Shown piece by piece: positions 49,820 to 59,337 of a DNA stretch of 64,000 nucleotides. The notes under the pieces are model-generated. The model was not told the DNA's origin, did not search any database, and saw only the letters and a list, made by a program, of their open reading frames with translations. This DNA is from a virus. Lineage: Duplodnaviria > Caudoviricetes. The stretch lies in IMG/VR virus record IMGVR_UViG_3300029305_003192, one strand, 5' to 3'. Numbering within the stretch: the first letter of the stretch is position 1; the number at the start of each line of letters is the position of its first letter. The translations under genes and the position numbers were made by a program.

Positions 49820-52227
49820 TACTTCTTATCCTCCTTCTCCGACACTGTAATCATATCCTGATACTGTCCATAGATAGCATCGCGAACACAGCGTACGATG
49901 TATGATGGAATCTCAAGGAACTTGAAATCTTCAGAGTTCTTGATATCCTTAAAGATAGCTGGGTCACCTGGTGTTGCACCGTCTCTGAGAGCACGGGTGT
50001 ATCTGTCAACCAGGAATACATAGTATTTACGGTTAATCGGCGTATCGATAAAGGTATAGCCATACACCTTTATGAACTGACGGATATTCGCAATTTCATC
50101 TTCTCTTAATGAAAGATTGGTCACGAATTTATATCCGATACCCATAACCTTAAGACGAGCCTTGAGTGCAAGTACGTTATCGTTAACGTAGTTACTCTTA
50201 ATCTTAAATGAACCAATATTCATTGGGTCACCTGTAGCACTGATAATCTTACCAAGTGCCTTACGTCCAAGTACAGATGTACGTGTCCATACATTATGCT
50301 CTGCGAGTACTACTGGAGCAATCTGTGTCTGAAGGTCAGCGATTTCTGAAATACATACAGGTGTATTACTATTACATATACGATTCTCCTTCTTATCAGA
50401 TGACTTAGTAGGTAAACCCGCCTTAGATGTAGTACCAGTTGAACGTGCAGAGAAGTTCTTGTTGGATGTCTGCTTGAGCAGGAACATGTACTTGTATCCG
50501 ACAACCATCTTCTTCATGAGAGGTTTCTTCATTCCGAAGATGTTTACATAGAGCTGGTATGGCTCTACAATATCGGCATAGATCTTATAGAGTTTCTGGA
50601 ACGCGTCGAATCTGAGCTGAGCTGCAGGAGACTTAATGAAATAGTATCCATCTCTCTCAACGGATTCGACAATCTTACGCTTGATTTCCTTATCTTCAAC
50701 GTATGTGTCACCATCAACTCTTACCCTGAACTGGTGTAAGAATACCTTACACTGTTCGGCGTTGATATAGCCAATGAATCTGAGAATTTCGTCCATCTTA
50801 GTGTCAACATTATCAAGTGTAGTAATCCACTTACGGTGACATTCGGCAAGGAAGTTGAGGTCAACTTCATACAACTGGTCGGTATTCTCACGACGGAACG
50901 CACCTGTAGCATTGAGCACAATATCAAGTGGTGTACCGTCTTCCATGTAGTACATACTTTCATCATCAACGATGTCAATATGTGTGTTATTGAGATTGCT
51001 TACATCGATACCGAGGGACTCGACCAGAAGACTTGTGAATGTATCGAATTCTTCCTTGTCGATTTCCTCGTTAGGACCTCCATCACCGATAACCTTGGAA
51101 ACTACACCTTTATCACCATAACGTCCTACGAACTTACAACCTTCCTTAGGGAAGCAGGTTGTTTTTGTCTTGAAGACCAATACGATGTTAGAGAAGGGCT
51201 TGTCTCTCATTTTCCATTTCTTCGTTGGGTCATTATATCTATCGAAACGCTTACGCTGGAATGTGACATTATCTGTGTAGCGAGAACCACTCTGCTTAAT
51301 CTTAGTAGCAGCTTCGAACACCCTATCAGCGTATGTGCAGCAATATTCATAGTATTTAATGAGCTGTGCGTTATAAATTGTGTCTGGGATGGGTTCATCC
51401 CCATTATAGTACACATCGATGTCATATACTACTGTGCCGAGCTTGGTACAGTATTTATTGTCAGTATTGCAGATATCATGAACGTTCTTCTCACGGAAGT
51501 CATATGTTGCATACATGGAGTTATATCTTCTGGTAGCACAAAGAATCTCAACGTCATTGATTACTTCACCTACGTCAGGGAAGGATTTATCTCCATGAAT
51601 AAAGAGGAGAATATCGTTGTCGTTGATAGATACTGTAGTCTGTCCTACTTCAACATATCCAAAGTCCTTAAGATATCCGCGACGGATTTTGATACCGTCT
51701 TCATATGTCGCTACGTCGTTACTGTATGCGACTAAAGCATTCTTACCAAGACGATAGTTCATATGTTCATCATATGATGTAGACTTGAAGAGAATTGGGT
51801 CGGTTGTCTTATCGCCAACATTGAGGCTATCCATGCCTTCAGTATTATACTGATAGCCAAAGCTCTCTGCAATGTATCTAGCCTGCTGCTTCTCAATCAT
51901 ATCATATGTATCAGTCTCAGCGTTGTAGAGAATGAGCATATATACATTATCGTCTCCGAATTTTTGAATTTTGTCAACTACTTCCCATTCGCCTTTGAGT
52001 TCTTTATAGGCGTGAGAGTATTTACCAAATGCACGTTCATGTCCTGTCTGAACACGTGCGATGTCTGGATTAAGAAGTGTCACGTACTGCTTCTGGTTCT
52101 GAGTAGCCATGAAGAGACGTGAGCCGTTGGAGCCACCTGGGTACAAGATAGAACTTGGACCATAGCAATGCTCCATATTACTTATGCGGTGATTAACTTC
52201 CTCGTATACGCTTTTATCATATCCCAT
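49819..52227 (-). CDS. Split RNA polymerase beta C-terminal subunit (probable non-virion RNAP)
   Basis: SRLFMATQNQKQ, LGKNALVAY..YEDGI, GCKFVGRYGDKGVVS, DGTPLDIVLN..RREN, VGYKYMFLLKQ..FSARSTG. Confidence 0.9.
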   Translation of the reverse strand: MGYDKSVYEEVNHRISNMEHCYGPSSILYPGGSNGSRLFMATQNQKQYVTLLNPDIARVQTGHERAFGKYSHAYKELKGEWEVVDKIQKFGDDNVYMLILYNAETDTYDMIEKQQARYIAESFGYQYNTEGMDSLNVGDKTTDPILFKSTSYDEHMNYRLGKNALVAYSNDVATYEDGIKIRRGYLKDFGYVEVGQTTVSINDNDILLFIHGDKSFPDVGEVINDVEILCATRRYNSMYATYDFREKNVHDICNTDNKYCTKLGTVVYDIDVYYNGDEPIPDTIYNAQLIKYYEYCCTYADRVFEAATKIKQSGSRYTDNVTFQRKRFDRYNDPTKKWKMRDKPFSNIVLVFKTKTTCFPKEGCKFVGRYGDKGVVSKVIGDGGPNEEIDKEEFDTFTSLLVESLGIDVSNLNNTHIDIVDDESMYYMEDGTPLDIVLNATGAFRRENTDQLYEVDLNFLAECHRKWITTLDNVDTKMDEILRFIGYINAEQCKVFLHQFRVRVDGDTYVEDKEIKRKIVESVERDGYYFIKSPAAQLRFDAFQKLYKIYADIVEPYQLYVNIFGMKKPLMKKMVVGYKYMFLLKQTSNKNFSARSTGTTSKAGLPTKSSDKKENRICNSNTPVCISEIADLQTQIAPVVLAEHNVWTRTSVLGRKALGKIISATGDPMNIGSFKIKSNYVNDNVLALKARLKVMGIGYKFVTNLSLREDEIANIRQFIKVYGYTFIDTPINRKYYVFLVDRYTRALRDGATPGDPAIFKDIKNSEDFKFLEIPSYIVRCVRDAIYGQYQDMITVSEKEDKK

Positions 52228-52257
52228 GATCCTTTTACCTCCTAGAAATTTAAGTCA

Positions 52258-52434
52258 TCATTTAGCAACGAACTTGTTGCAATTAGATATTGCTCCAGAG
52301 CAATTCATACACTTGCTAACGGGGCAATTCTTATCTTTTCCAGTAGGTCCATGGTCACACTGCATACACTTGCAAGTTGCACACGTGCCAGGGTCATTAA
52401 TTCCTCCCATGAGGAGGTTAGCAATAATACCCAT
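52258..52434 (-). CDS. 58-aa Cys-rich protein (not in the ORF track)
   Basis: MGIIANLLMGGINDPGTCATCKCMQCDHGPTGKDKNCPVSKCMNCSGAISNCNKFVAK; AAGGAGGA SD. Confidence 0.7.
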   Translation of the reverse strand: MGIIANLLMGGINDPGTCATCKCMQCDHGPTGKDKNCPVSKCMNCSGAISNCNKFVAK

Positions 52435-52462
52435 AATTCTTATTCCTCCTTTAATAAAAGTT

Positions 52463-52493
52463 AAACGACCTAATCGTTATGATTAGGTCGTTT
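52463..52493 (-). terminator. Terminator hairpin
   Basis: aaacgacctaatc-gttat-gattaggtcgttt. Confidence 0.7.
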
Positions 52494-52505
52494 TAAGCGT
52501 ATAAA

Positions 52506-53087
52506 TTAACTCTCGTGAAGCACGAGTTTCTTAACTGCTATCTTGAGCATTTCTCTGATTTGGGATTTAGCCACAATAATACATCCGGGTTCGAACGTAG
52601 TATCACTTTCGTTGAATTTTGGCGGATCTACTAGCATACACGAATGGGTAATTGGATGAAGAATGAATACTCTACCGAAATCATCGAGCATTTTCATGAA
52701 TCCTTCAGTGAGAGCATCAATCGCCAGACCATTAAATGGTTCAACCATTCGGGCAAGGTCTAAACATGGTATATTGATACGAACGAGAGGGTCTACCGTA
52801 AATGCCGCAGCTGAGTCGCTAGTATCCTCAAATTCGATCCACGATGCATCGGATATACTGAGAGATATTCGTCCCCTATCTTTATCGATATCCATTTTAC
52901 AAATAAACTTTGCAAGCTGCACACTATCGAAATGGATAAACATCCAGCAAAGCCTTTCAGGATGCTTTTCTATATCGAATTTCCTAGGAGCCTCAAACGT
53001 AAACTGTGATTTAGACGTCGAAGTTATTAACACATCTGCCAAGATGTGATGAGATTCATATAAAGCCGTAGGGCATATAGTAGTCAT
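52506..53087 (-). CDS. Hypothetical, member 5 of a five-gene paralog array
   Basis: IPCLDLARM..AIDALTEGF. Confidence 0.7.
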   Translation of the reverse strand: MTTICPTALYESHHILADVLITSTSKSQFTFEAPRKFDIEKHPERLCWMFIHFDSVQLAKFICKMDIDKDRGRISLSISDASWIEFEDTSDSAAAFTVDPLVRINIPCLDLARMVEPFNGLAIDALTEGFMKMLDDFGRVFILHPITHSCMLVDPPKFNESDTTFEPGCIIVAKSQIREMLKIAVKKLVLHES

Positions 53088-53627
53088 TTACAAGACACAT
53101 CCTCTCTTATTACACTCAAAGATATTTCTGACTGCGATATCAAAGATATCAAACAACTGCTGTTCATCGAATTCTGGAGGCTCGATTGTGATTAGCGTAT
53201 TATTCGCATCCATCATATATGATGGTAGCTCACTAAGTATCATATGCTGAAATTCTTCCACCAGTATATCAATAGCGTATGAACGGCATCGGTCATTGAA
53301 CGATACTAGATCATATATTGGTATTTGTACCTCTGTAATCTTGGTACTATCTGACAAGGAATTGCCTTCAGCAACCATTAATCGTATAACGTTGAGTTCA
53401 ACAATGTCGTTGCGGTAAGAACCCATAAACACTGTCATTCTGGAAATGACTTCGTTACTTAAGAGCGATTCTGTTGTCAGATTAACTTGTATCGTCGTAA
53501 TTATGCTCGTACTATGATTATCAGTAATCGTTTCAATTGGAACGATTGTCATATTGGCTCTAGCTTTCGGTATAAACGTGTAGTTATATTTGATACACTT
53601 GATGTTAGTTACATTTGACATAAGCAT
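53088..53627 (-). CDS. Hypothetical, member 4 of the array
   Basis: IPIYDLVSF..AIDILVEEF..LP. Confidence 0.7.
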   Translation of the reverse strand: MLMSNVTNIKCIKYNYTFIPKARANMTIVPIETITDNHSTSIITTIQVNLTTESLLSNEVISRMTVFMGSYRNDIVELNVIRLMVAEGNSLSDSTKITEVQIPIYDLVSFNDRCRSYAIDILVEEFQHMILSELPSYMMDANNTLITIEPPEFDEQQLFDIFDIAVRNIFECNKRGCVL

Positions 53628-53644
53628 TCTCCTTTGATTTAATA

Positions 53645-54214
53645 TTAGTGGGCAACGGATACCGCAGATGCAATAGCCTCGCGTAACTGAGTGGTTGTAG
53701 TAATTTGCTCTCCCAGTGTCAGAGGTGCACTACCAATTGTTAAAACGCACCTCTCAACCGCTTTAACCATATTACCATTACCCGTAACTACAAACGGTAA
53801 TTGGAATGTGACTATATCAGCAAGTTCCTCGGCGAGTATTTGCTTCGCATGCTGCATCATACGACCTCCAGAACGCATCAGATTAATGAGCGGATAGGCC
53901 GATTCATGTATCAGATAACAATCGTCCGGTCTTGGTAATGGGCGTTCATCGACGTTAATTTTATCATATATCTGCAAGTATACATCTAGGTTACCACTAC
54001 CTTTCCCAGGTGTTGCTAACCATACTTCCATATATTTGATCGGGTTTCCGTCCAGATAAATGACAAGGTTGACTAATCTCTGAGTATGATTCAAATCCTT
54101 ATTATAGCGGGCCTCTTCTTCAGAGATGGCATATAAAGCCATCTCTACACTAGACTGAGGAGTCAATAAATTTCCCACATCAATACAGTTGATTTTTCTT
54201 ATAGGCGATGCCAT
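53645..54214 (-). CDS. Hypothetical, member 3 of the array
   Basis: YPLINLMRS..AKQILAEEL..LP. Confidence 0.7.
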   Translation of the reverse strand: MASPIRKINCIDVGNLLTPQSSVEMALYAISEEEARYNKDLNHTQRLVNLVIYLDGNPIKYMEVWLATPGKGSGNLDVYLQIYDKINVDERPLPRPDDCYLIHESAYPLINLMRSGGRMMQHAKQILAEELADIVTFQLPFVVTGNGNMVKAVERCVLTIGSAPLTLGEQITTTTQLREAIASAVSVAH

Positions 54215-54777
54215 TATACTCTCCTCCTTTTAGTGGTTTCGGGAATATCATCGGTTTCAGCACCATACCTATGTACGAGTGTATGAATGATATCAGGTTT
54301 CATATCTGCATTCTGGAAAGCATTATCCTTGCCATTACCGTCTGTATCAAGAATGCGAATAACACCCATTTTGTCTTTGATTACTATTGGAAGTAACAGG
54401 TTGGCAAACATCCATCTGATTTCTTCTTCGATAATCATTGCAGTATATTCAGTATACCTGCTATTGCCACATACACGTGTGAGCTGTCTGATTGGGAGCT
54501 GGTCAGAGGTGCAAAGAATTGTCTTTTCCATACCCCTCATGGTAAACATCTGGATGCAGAATGTGTCTATCGCGTCATTGCTCGAGTTAGGTACCAGCTC
54601 CAAATCTACATGGATTGTAGCAATCTCCCCACCCGACTCGTTGTCAATGTTTATCTCAAGCATCGATGGTGCTTGTTTCACTTCTCCCTCTGTAACGGCC
54701 TCTCTTCCAACCCAGACACAGATGCCTGAGTCGGTTTTAAATATTTCCTCTGTTTCGATATAGAATGCATGTTTCAT
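54214..54777 (-). CDS. Hypothetical, member 2 of the array
   Basis: LPIRQLTRVC..TEYTAMIIEEEI..LLP..H.YGA. Confidence 0.7.
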   Translation of the reverse strand: MKHAFYIETEEIFKTDSGICVWVGREAVTEGEVKQAPSMLEINIDNESGGEIATIHVDLELVPNSSNDAIDTFCIQMFTMRGMEKTILCTSDQLPIRQLTRVCGNSRYTEYTAMIIEEEIRWMFANLLLPIVIKDKMGVIRILDTDGNGKDNAFQNADMKPDIIHTLVHRYGAETDDIPETTKRRRV

Positions 54778-54796
54778 TTCAAATACCTCCATTATT

Positions 54797-55342
54797 TTAG
54801 CAACTCATAAGTGTTATCGAATCTGCACCATACGCGTGTATCAGGATATAACGTATCGCGTCGATGAGATTGAAATTGTTAATATAATCTGCCTGCTTAC
54901 CCTGAGGTCTGATTAGGTGTCGTTTATGAGTAGGATTCATATCCGTGACTATCATGGGAAGCATCTGCGTTGTAATAGCATGTTTGATCTCATGCTCCAG
55001 CATATAACATACATACTCAGTACCGCGTCCATTACATAACTTGGTTAGCTGTACTCCCGGAATAAATGGTGTCGCACAGATAAAATCCGTCCCGCCATCA
55101 CTATTCGCAACTCTTGATATCGTGGCGTGGAAATCACCGTACTCACTCTTATCGATATCAATATTAAATACATCAATCACCGGTCCTTCGGGATATGTGT
55201 GAATACATAACTGACATACTCTTTTATCCTTGCCGAATACTCCTCCCATGTACGACTCCGCCGATGATTGGATTGTGAACACTGGGTCACAACTGTCAAA
55301 TGTGGGGTCATCTGAAATTACCATCCATGCTTTTTGCATCAT
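54797..55342 (-). CDS. Hypothetical, member 1 of the array
   Basis: IPGVQLTKLC..TEYVCYMLEHEI..MLP..HAYGA. Confidence 0.7.
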   Translation of the reverse strand: MMQKAWMVISDDPTFDSCDPVFTIQSSAESYMGGVFGKDKRVCQLCIHTYPEGPVIDVFNIDIDKSEYGDFHATISRVANSDGGTDFICATPFIPGVQLTKLCNGRGTEYVCYMLEHEIKHAITTQMLPMIVTDMNPTHKRHLIRPQGKQADYINNFNLIDAIRYILIHAYGADSITLMSC

Positions 55343-55373
55343 AATTTTTACTCTCCTTTGATTCATATTTTAT

Positions 55374-56657
55374 TTATGCCTGGCTAATGATTTTAAGCTT
55401 ACCATCACTACCTTCAGTAACATTCGCTGGAACGAGGTTGCCTGCCTCATCAATAACGAAGAGCTTACTGGAGTCAATGTTGGATACAGCTGTCTCATTA
55501 TCCTTACAGCCTGCGATAGCGTCGAGTGCTGGCTGGATTGCAGCAAGCACTGCATTTCGGAACTTCTCGTCCTCCTCGAACTGCTTTCCGAATGTATTCT
55601 TAGCAAACTTTGTCACTTCTTTGTCAGTGTTAGCGAAGTAAAGAGCCTGTCCTCTACCCTCAATAAGACCGGCGTCCTTAGCGAACTGGTAGATTGAGTA
55701 TATAGGATCATATCCAATATCTTCTCTGAATACGAGGTTTACTTCACCACCGATGAATGCTGTCTTAGACTTCGCAACCTGTACTGAACACAGGAATCCG
55801 TCAAATCCATACTCTTCGACTGTGAACGCTTTAGCCTTAGCCGCAGATGGGTTCATACGGAACATTGATGATGCATAGAAGATTGGAGCTTCACCTCTTG
55901 GGAGAGCTTCAGTATCCTTAAGCATCATAAGCTGTGGCTTGGAGAAGTCAAACATATTAGCCTTAATCTTCGGTCTGAGGTGATTGATAGCGATAACGAT
56001 GATATTGTACTTAGCACAAACACCGAGCATCTTCTTATAGAACTGACCGATTTCCTTAGTTTCACGGTTAGCTGCCATACCACCTTCGAGTTCATCAACA
56101 CTGGTATCTTTAGATACGAAGGATGGTAATGAGTCGATGATAATGACCGTTGGTACATAGACTTTTACCTTATCCTTACCGAATACCCTACCATCGATGG
56201 AGTACATTGCAGCCGAACCAAGTTCTTCCTTTTCTTTAGCAATAGCATTGATTTGTGCCATTACTGTCTCAATATACGCATCGTCGTCGTTAAGAATGAT
56301 ACGTGGGTCATCTTCACTACTCTTTGTAATCTGATGAATACGTGGCTTGAATGCAGTATGCTCGCAGTCAGCAACCACCATAAGACCGTCTTCGAAGCCA
56401 TTGATGATATTATACGCCATCTGTGTGGCAAGCGTTGATTTACCGCCACCGGAACCTCCGATGATGGTAATGAACTTACCTCCCATAACGCCTGGGAGTA
56501 CAGTTACGTGTTCGGTACCATCAGCATCTTTATGATATACCTTAAACGCATTAACATAGTCGAGTGGTAAGAACCCCGTACTGTAGTTAGCGAAGATATT
56601 ATCAAACTTGAAGATACCTTTCTTGTCATTCTTTCTTAAATTATCAATAAGTGCCAT
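55374..56657 (-). CDS. RecA/UvsX-like recombinase
   Basis: YSTGFLPLD, Walker A GGSGGGKST, IIIDSL, IAINHLR, PRGEAPIFYAS, VAKSK. Confidence 0.85.
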   Translation of the reverse strand: MALIDNLRKNDKKGIFKFDNIFANYSTGFLPLDYVNAFKVYHKDADGTEHVTVLPGVMGGKFITIIGGSGGGKSTLATQMAYNIINGFEDGLMVVADCEHTAFKPRIHQITKSSEDDPRIILNDDDAYIETVMAQINAIAKEKEELGSAAMYSIDGRVFGKDKVKVYVPTVIIIDSLPSFVSKDTSVDELEGGMAANRETKEIGQFYKKMLGVCAKYNIIVIAINHLRPKIKANMFDFSKPQLMMLKDTEALPRGEAPIFYASSMFRMNPSAAKAKAFTVEEYGFDGFLCSVQVAKSKTAFIGGEVNLVFREDIGYDPIYSIYQFAKDAGLIEGRGQALYFANTDKEVTKFAKNTFGKQFEEDEKFRNAVLAAIQPALDAIAGCKDNETAVSNIDSSKLFVIDEAGNLVPANVTEGSDGKLKIISQA

Positions 56658-56659
56658 AT

Positions 56660-56845
56660 TTATCCTTCTCCTTTCACTATTAAAGCACTTGAGCGTGCAC
56701 TGTGTATTATTGATATCAGGTCGAAAATAAAGTCGACCTTACGCCCATCTGATAACTGGTTAAATTCCGAGTCATTAGAGCATCTCAATAGCTCAGACTC
56801 AATGAATTCTGCAGTGTCATTTGGTTTGTGTGTTACTAATCCCAT
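56660..56845 (-). CDS. Small hypothetical protein
   Basis: GGAGG SD; packed against RecA. Confidence 0.55.
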   Translation of the reverse strand: MGLVTHKPNDTAEFIESELLRCSNDSEFNQLSDGRKVDFIFDLISIIHSARSSALIVKGEG

Positions 56846-56872
56846 TTTAGCATCCTCCCTTAGTTAAAGTCA

Positions 56873-57280
56873 TTATTCGTCTACCTCCACGAGTTCGTAT
56901 CTTACCTTAGCAACTCCATGATGTTCAAGGTCCCAATATGCCTTCTGGCATACTACTCGATAACACTCATCACCCTCGCATTCAAAAGTACCTTCAAGTA
57001 CCTTTGGAACATAGCAATGACAAGGTGTATCGAATATGCTGAACGGGTCGAGACTTGTAGACACAAAGAAGTCTCTCCTGTCACAATGACTGCAAGCAGT
57101 ATTCGTTACCGGGACAAGCGCGGACATTTTACTTCTTGTAGCATACGATTCGCTTGCAATCTTATTGAGCTTCTCGACCTTCTCACTTGCAAGTGGTTCG
57201 GTCATAAAGGTCTGACTTACGAACGTCTTTGTGGTAGTATTGTGGGTTTCGACAATTTCCATGATTTTGTAATGCTTCAT
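56873..57280 (-). CDS. Hypothetical Cys-containing protein
   Basis: Start MKHYKI behind GGAG; CSHC..CHC..C....C....C. Confidence 0.6.
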   Translation of the reverse strand: MKHYKIMEIVETHNTTTKTFVSQTFMTEPLASEKVEKLNKIASESYATRSKMSALVPVTNTACSHCDRRDFFVSTSLDPFSIFDTPCHCYVPKVLEGTFECEGDECYRVVCQKAYWDLEHHGVAKVRYELVEVDE

Positions 57281-57351
57281 GTGTTTACTCTCCCCTTTAG
57301 ACAAAGCAATTATATATGGATATAAAAAATTTACGTATATCGTATCATGTT

Positions 57352-57390
57352 TAATTACCATCAAAGGCATAACTCCTTTGATGGTAATTA
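57352..57390 (-). terminator. Terminator hairpin
   Basis: taattaccatcaaagg...cctttgatggtaatta. Confidence 0.7.
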
Positions 57391-57397
57391 GTTGATA

Positions 57398-58183
57398 TTA
57401 CTTGCTTCTGATGATATCGCTCACACGAGCATTTCTTATGATATTAGAAGCGACTCTCTTGAGGACCTTATTGGCAATGGTCTTCTTCTCATATGGATAG
57501 TCGGTTGGATAGAGAGTTGTATCATTGCAACCTTCATATCTAACCTTAAGTGCAGTAGCGCTCTCAGCCGGTGTAAGCTGAATATGAATAGTTCTCTGAT
57601 GGAATGATGTCTTACCTTCTGGATTATCGAGAATCTTCTGAGCAAGCTGCTTGCCAATGGTTGATTCGGAAATAGTGATCTGATGGTCTTCAGATTCCAT
57701 ATTAACATTGGCAATGAGTACGAGAATCTTGTTGTATGTTGCCTTATCTTCTGCAACATCCTTTGACTCATCACTCCACATGAATGTCTTATCCTTGCTG
57801 CAGATAACGGTAGCCTTCATGATATCAACGCCTGTTGTATCAAGGGAAGTAACCATTCTCTGGACTGGAATAGCAATGAAGTATGTTACAGACTTACCTT
57901 CCATAGAAGCACATGGTCCTTCGGATAAGATGGATGTAACGTTGCACAGTCCCTTCTTGGATTCGTCACGAAGGTATGCATGTACACGCTTAGACCAGAA
58001 TGCATCGATTTCTGGAGAATCGTTGTAGTTGTCAGCGATAATGGTGATAGGACCATCTTCCTTGAGGTCACGTGGCTCAACGTTAGTCGGTTCTCTGAGA
58101 ATTGTGTCGAGTGCGAAGAGGTCGCAATCTCTCTTGTTTTTGTAAAGTTCTGCGGTGAAAAGGGCTTTGTTAATGAAATTCAT
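57398..58183 (-). CDS. Hypothetical protein
   Basis: 261-aa ORF with AAGGAG SD. Confidence 0.65.
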   Translation of the reverse strand: MNFINKALFTAELYKNKRDCDLFALDTILREPTNVEPRDLKEDGPITIIADNYNDSPEIDAFWSKRVHAYLRDESKKGLCNVTSILSEGPCASMEGKSVTYFIAIPVQRMVTSLDTTGVDIMKATVICSKDKTFMWSDESKDVAEDKATYNKILVLIANVNMESEDHQITISESTIGKQLAQKILDNPEGKTSFHQRTIHIQLTPAESATALKVRYEGCNDTTLYPTDYPYEKKTIANKVLKRVASNIIRNARVSDIIRSK

Positions 58184-58252
58184 ATTTACTCTCCTTTATA
58201 TAAAAAAGAACGGATGAGTGGAGTACTCCTCCCACCCGTTCTTCATAATTAA

Positions 58253-59251
58253 TTAATCGATAAGGTTTGATACAGACAGAGGTCTGAAGAGATCATCAAA
58301 CTTGTCTCTATATCTGCAAATTGTCTTAGTGAGATTCGGATAAGCCGACTCACTGAGGCTTCTGAGGTCTACGCGAACCTCATGTTCGCCATTTTCGAGA
58401 GCTCTTGCAAGTCTCTTGATATAAACTTCAAGTACATGCTCTCGTGAATTGTTATCAGCTCTGTCGAGTGTATCGAGAGCGAACGCTGTAAGGGAATCCC
58501 ATACCTTGCGTACCTTCTTACTTGACAGTGATTCGATATGTTTGTTGGTTTCGAGTAAGATGAAGCTTGCAACTTCGTATCTTGACTCCTTGCCAAACAG
58601 AGTATCGAAGAACAGCTTCCAATCAACATCATCAAGGTCAGTATCACGATGGTCAATCATCTGATACATATTGGCAAGTACTGTATTGAGGTACACGCCA
58701 ACCTTAGGATTGTTGATGAAGCATGGGTCTGGCACCTGCTTGAGTGCCATCTTGCATACTGCCTTAGGAAGACCAGTTTCCTTAGCGAGCTTCTTAGCAT
58801 CCTTCTTAACAATGCTAAGGAGTGCATCGTTGAGTCTTTCAACGATTTCTGCATATTTGCGTACCTGGTCCTGTTTTGATTCTGCTTCTCTCTTCTTAAG
58901 ATCACCTTCAGCAAACTGTCTGTCGATGCCCTTATAAGCGGCATTAATTGAATCGATGCCGAAATTTACTACAGACAGCAGGAATGTTGCTGTAGAACGA
59001 CCGAACTTATTAGGTTCGTCTTCGATAAGCTCGCAGAGAAGTTCGAGCTTGCGTGGGTTGTCACAGATACCACCGTATACACCTTCAATGATGCCGGAGT
59101 AGTCTGTTATCTCACCTTTAGATGGATTAAATAACCATCCGTAGAAATCTGTGGAGCGAAGATACTCTCTCATGATCTTCTTCCACTTTTCTGCCTTCTT
59201 GATGTCCTTCTGGACAAAGTCCAGAAACATATTAGCATTGAACACTTTCAC
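58253..59251 (-). CDS. Hypothetical helical protein downstream of the tubulin gene
   Basis: GTG start behind GGAGGA; 332 aa. Confidence 0.7.
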   Translation of the reverse strand: MKVFNANMFLDFVQKDIKKAEKWKKIMREYLRSTDFYGWLFNPSKGEITDYSGIIEGVYGGICDNPRKLELLCELIEDEPNKFGRSTATFLLSVVNFGIDSINAAYKGIDRQFAEGDLKKREAESKQDQVRKYAEIVERLNDALLSIVKKDAKKLAKETGLPKAVCKMALKQVPDPCFINNPKVGVYLNTVLANMYQMIDHRDTDLDDVDWKLFFDTLFGKESRYEVASFILLETNKHIESLSSKKVRKVWDSLTAFALDTLDRADNNSREHVLEVYIKRLARALENGEHEVRVDLRSLSESAYPNLTKTICRYRDKFDDLFRPLSVSNLID

Positions 59252-59284
59252 GTTCCTCCTTAAAAATTAGATTAGATAGTAGTT

Positions 59285-59314
59285 GCACCCAATGTGAAAT
59301 ATCACATTGGGTGC
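59285..59314 (-). terminator. Hairpin after the tubulin gene
   Basis: gcacccaatgtga-aata-tcacattgggtgc. Confidence 0.65.
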
Positions 59315-59337
59315 TTTCCTATCATATATCTTTGAAA

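Noticed and set aside
32975-52227. Group I introns or inteins in the RNAP, ligase or helicase genes (present in AR9)
   Set aside because: ORFs are continuous, with no intein C...HN ends or embedded homing endonuclease recognisable
52226-52486. 86-aa + strand ORF from the track
   Set aside because: Antisense to the SD-supported 58-aa Cys-rich ORF and runs into a terminator
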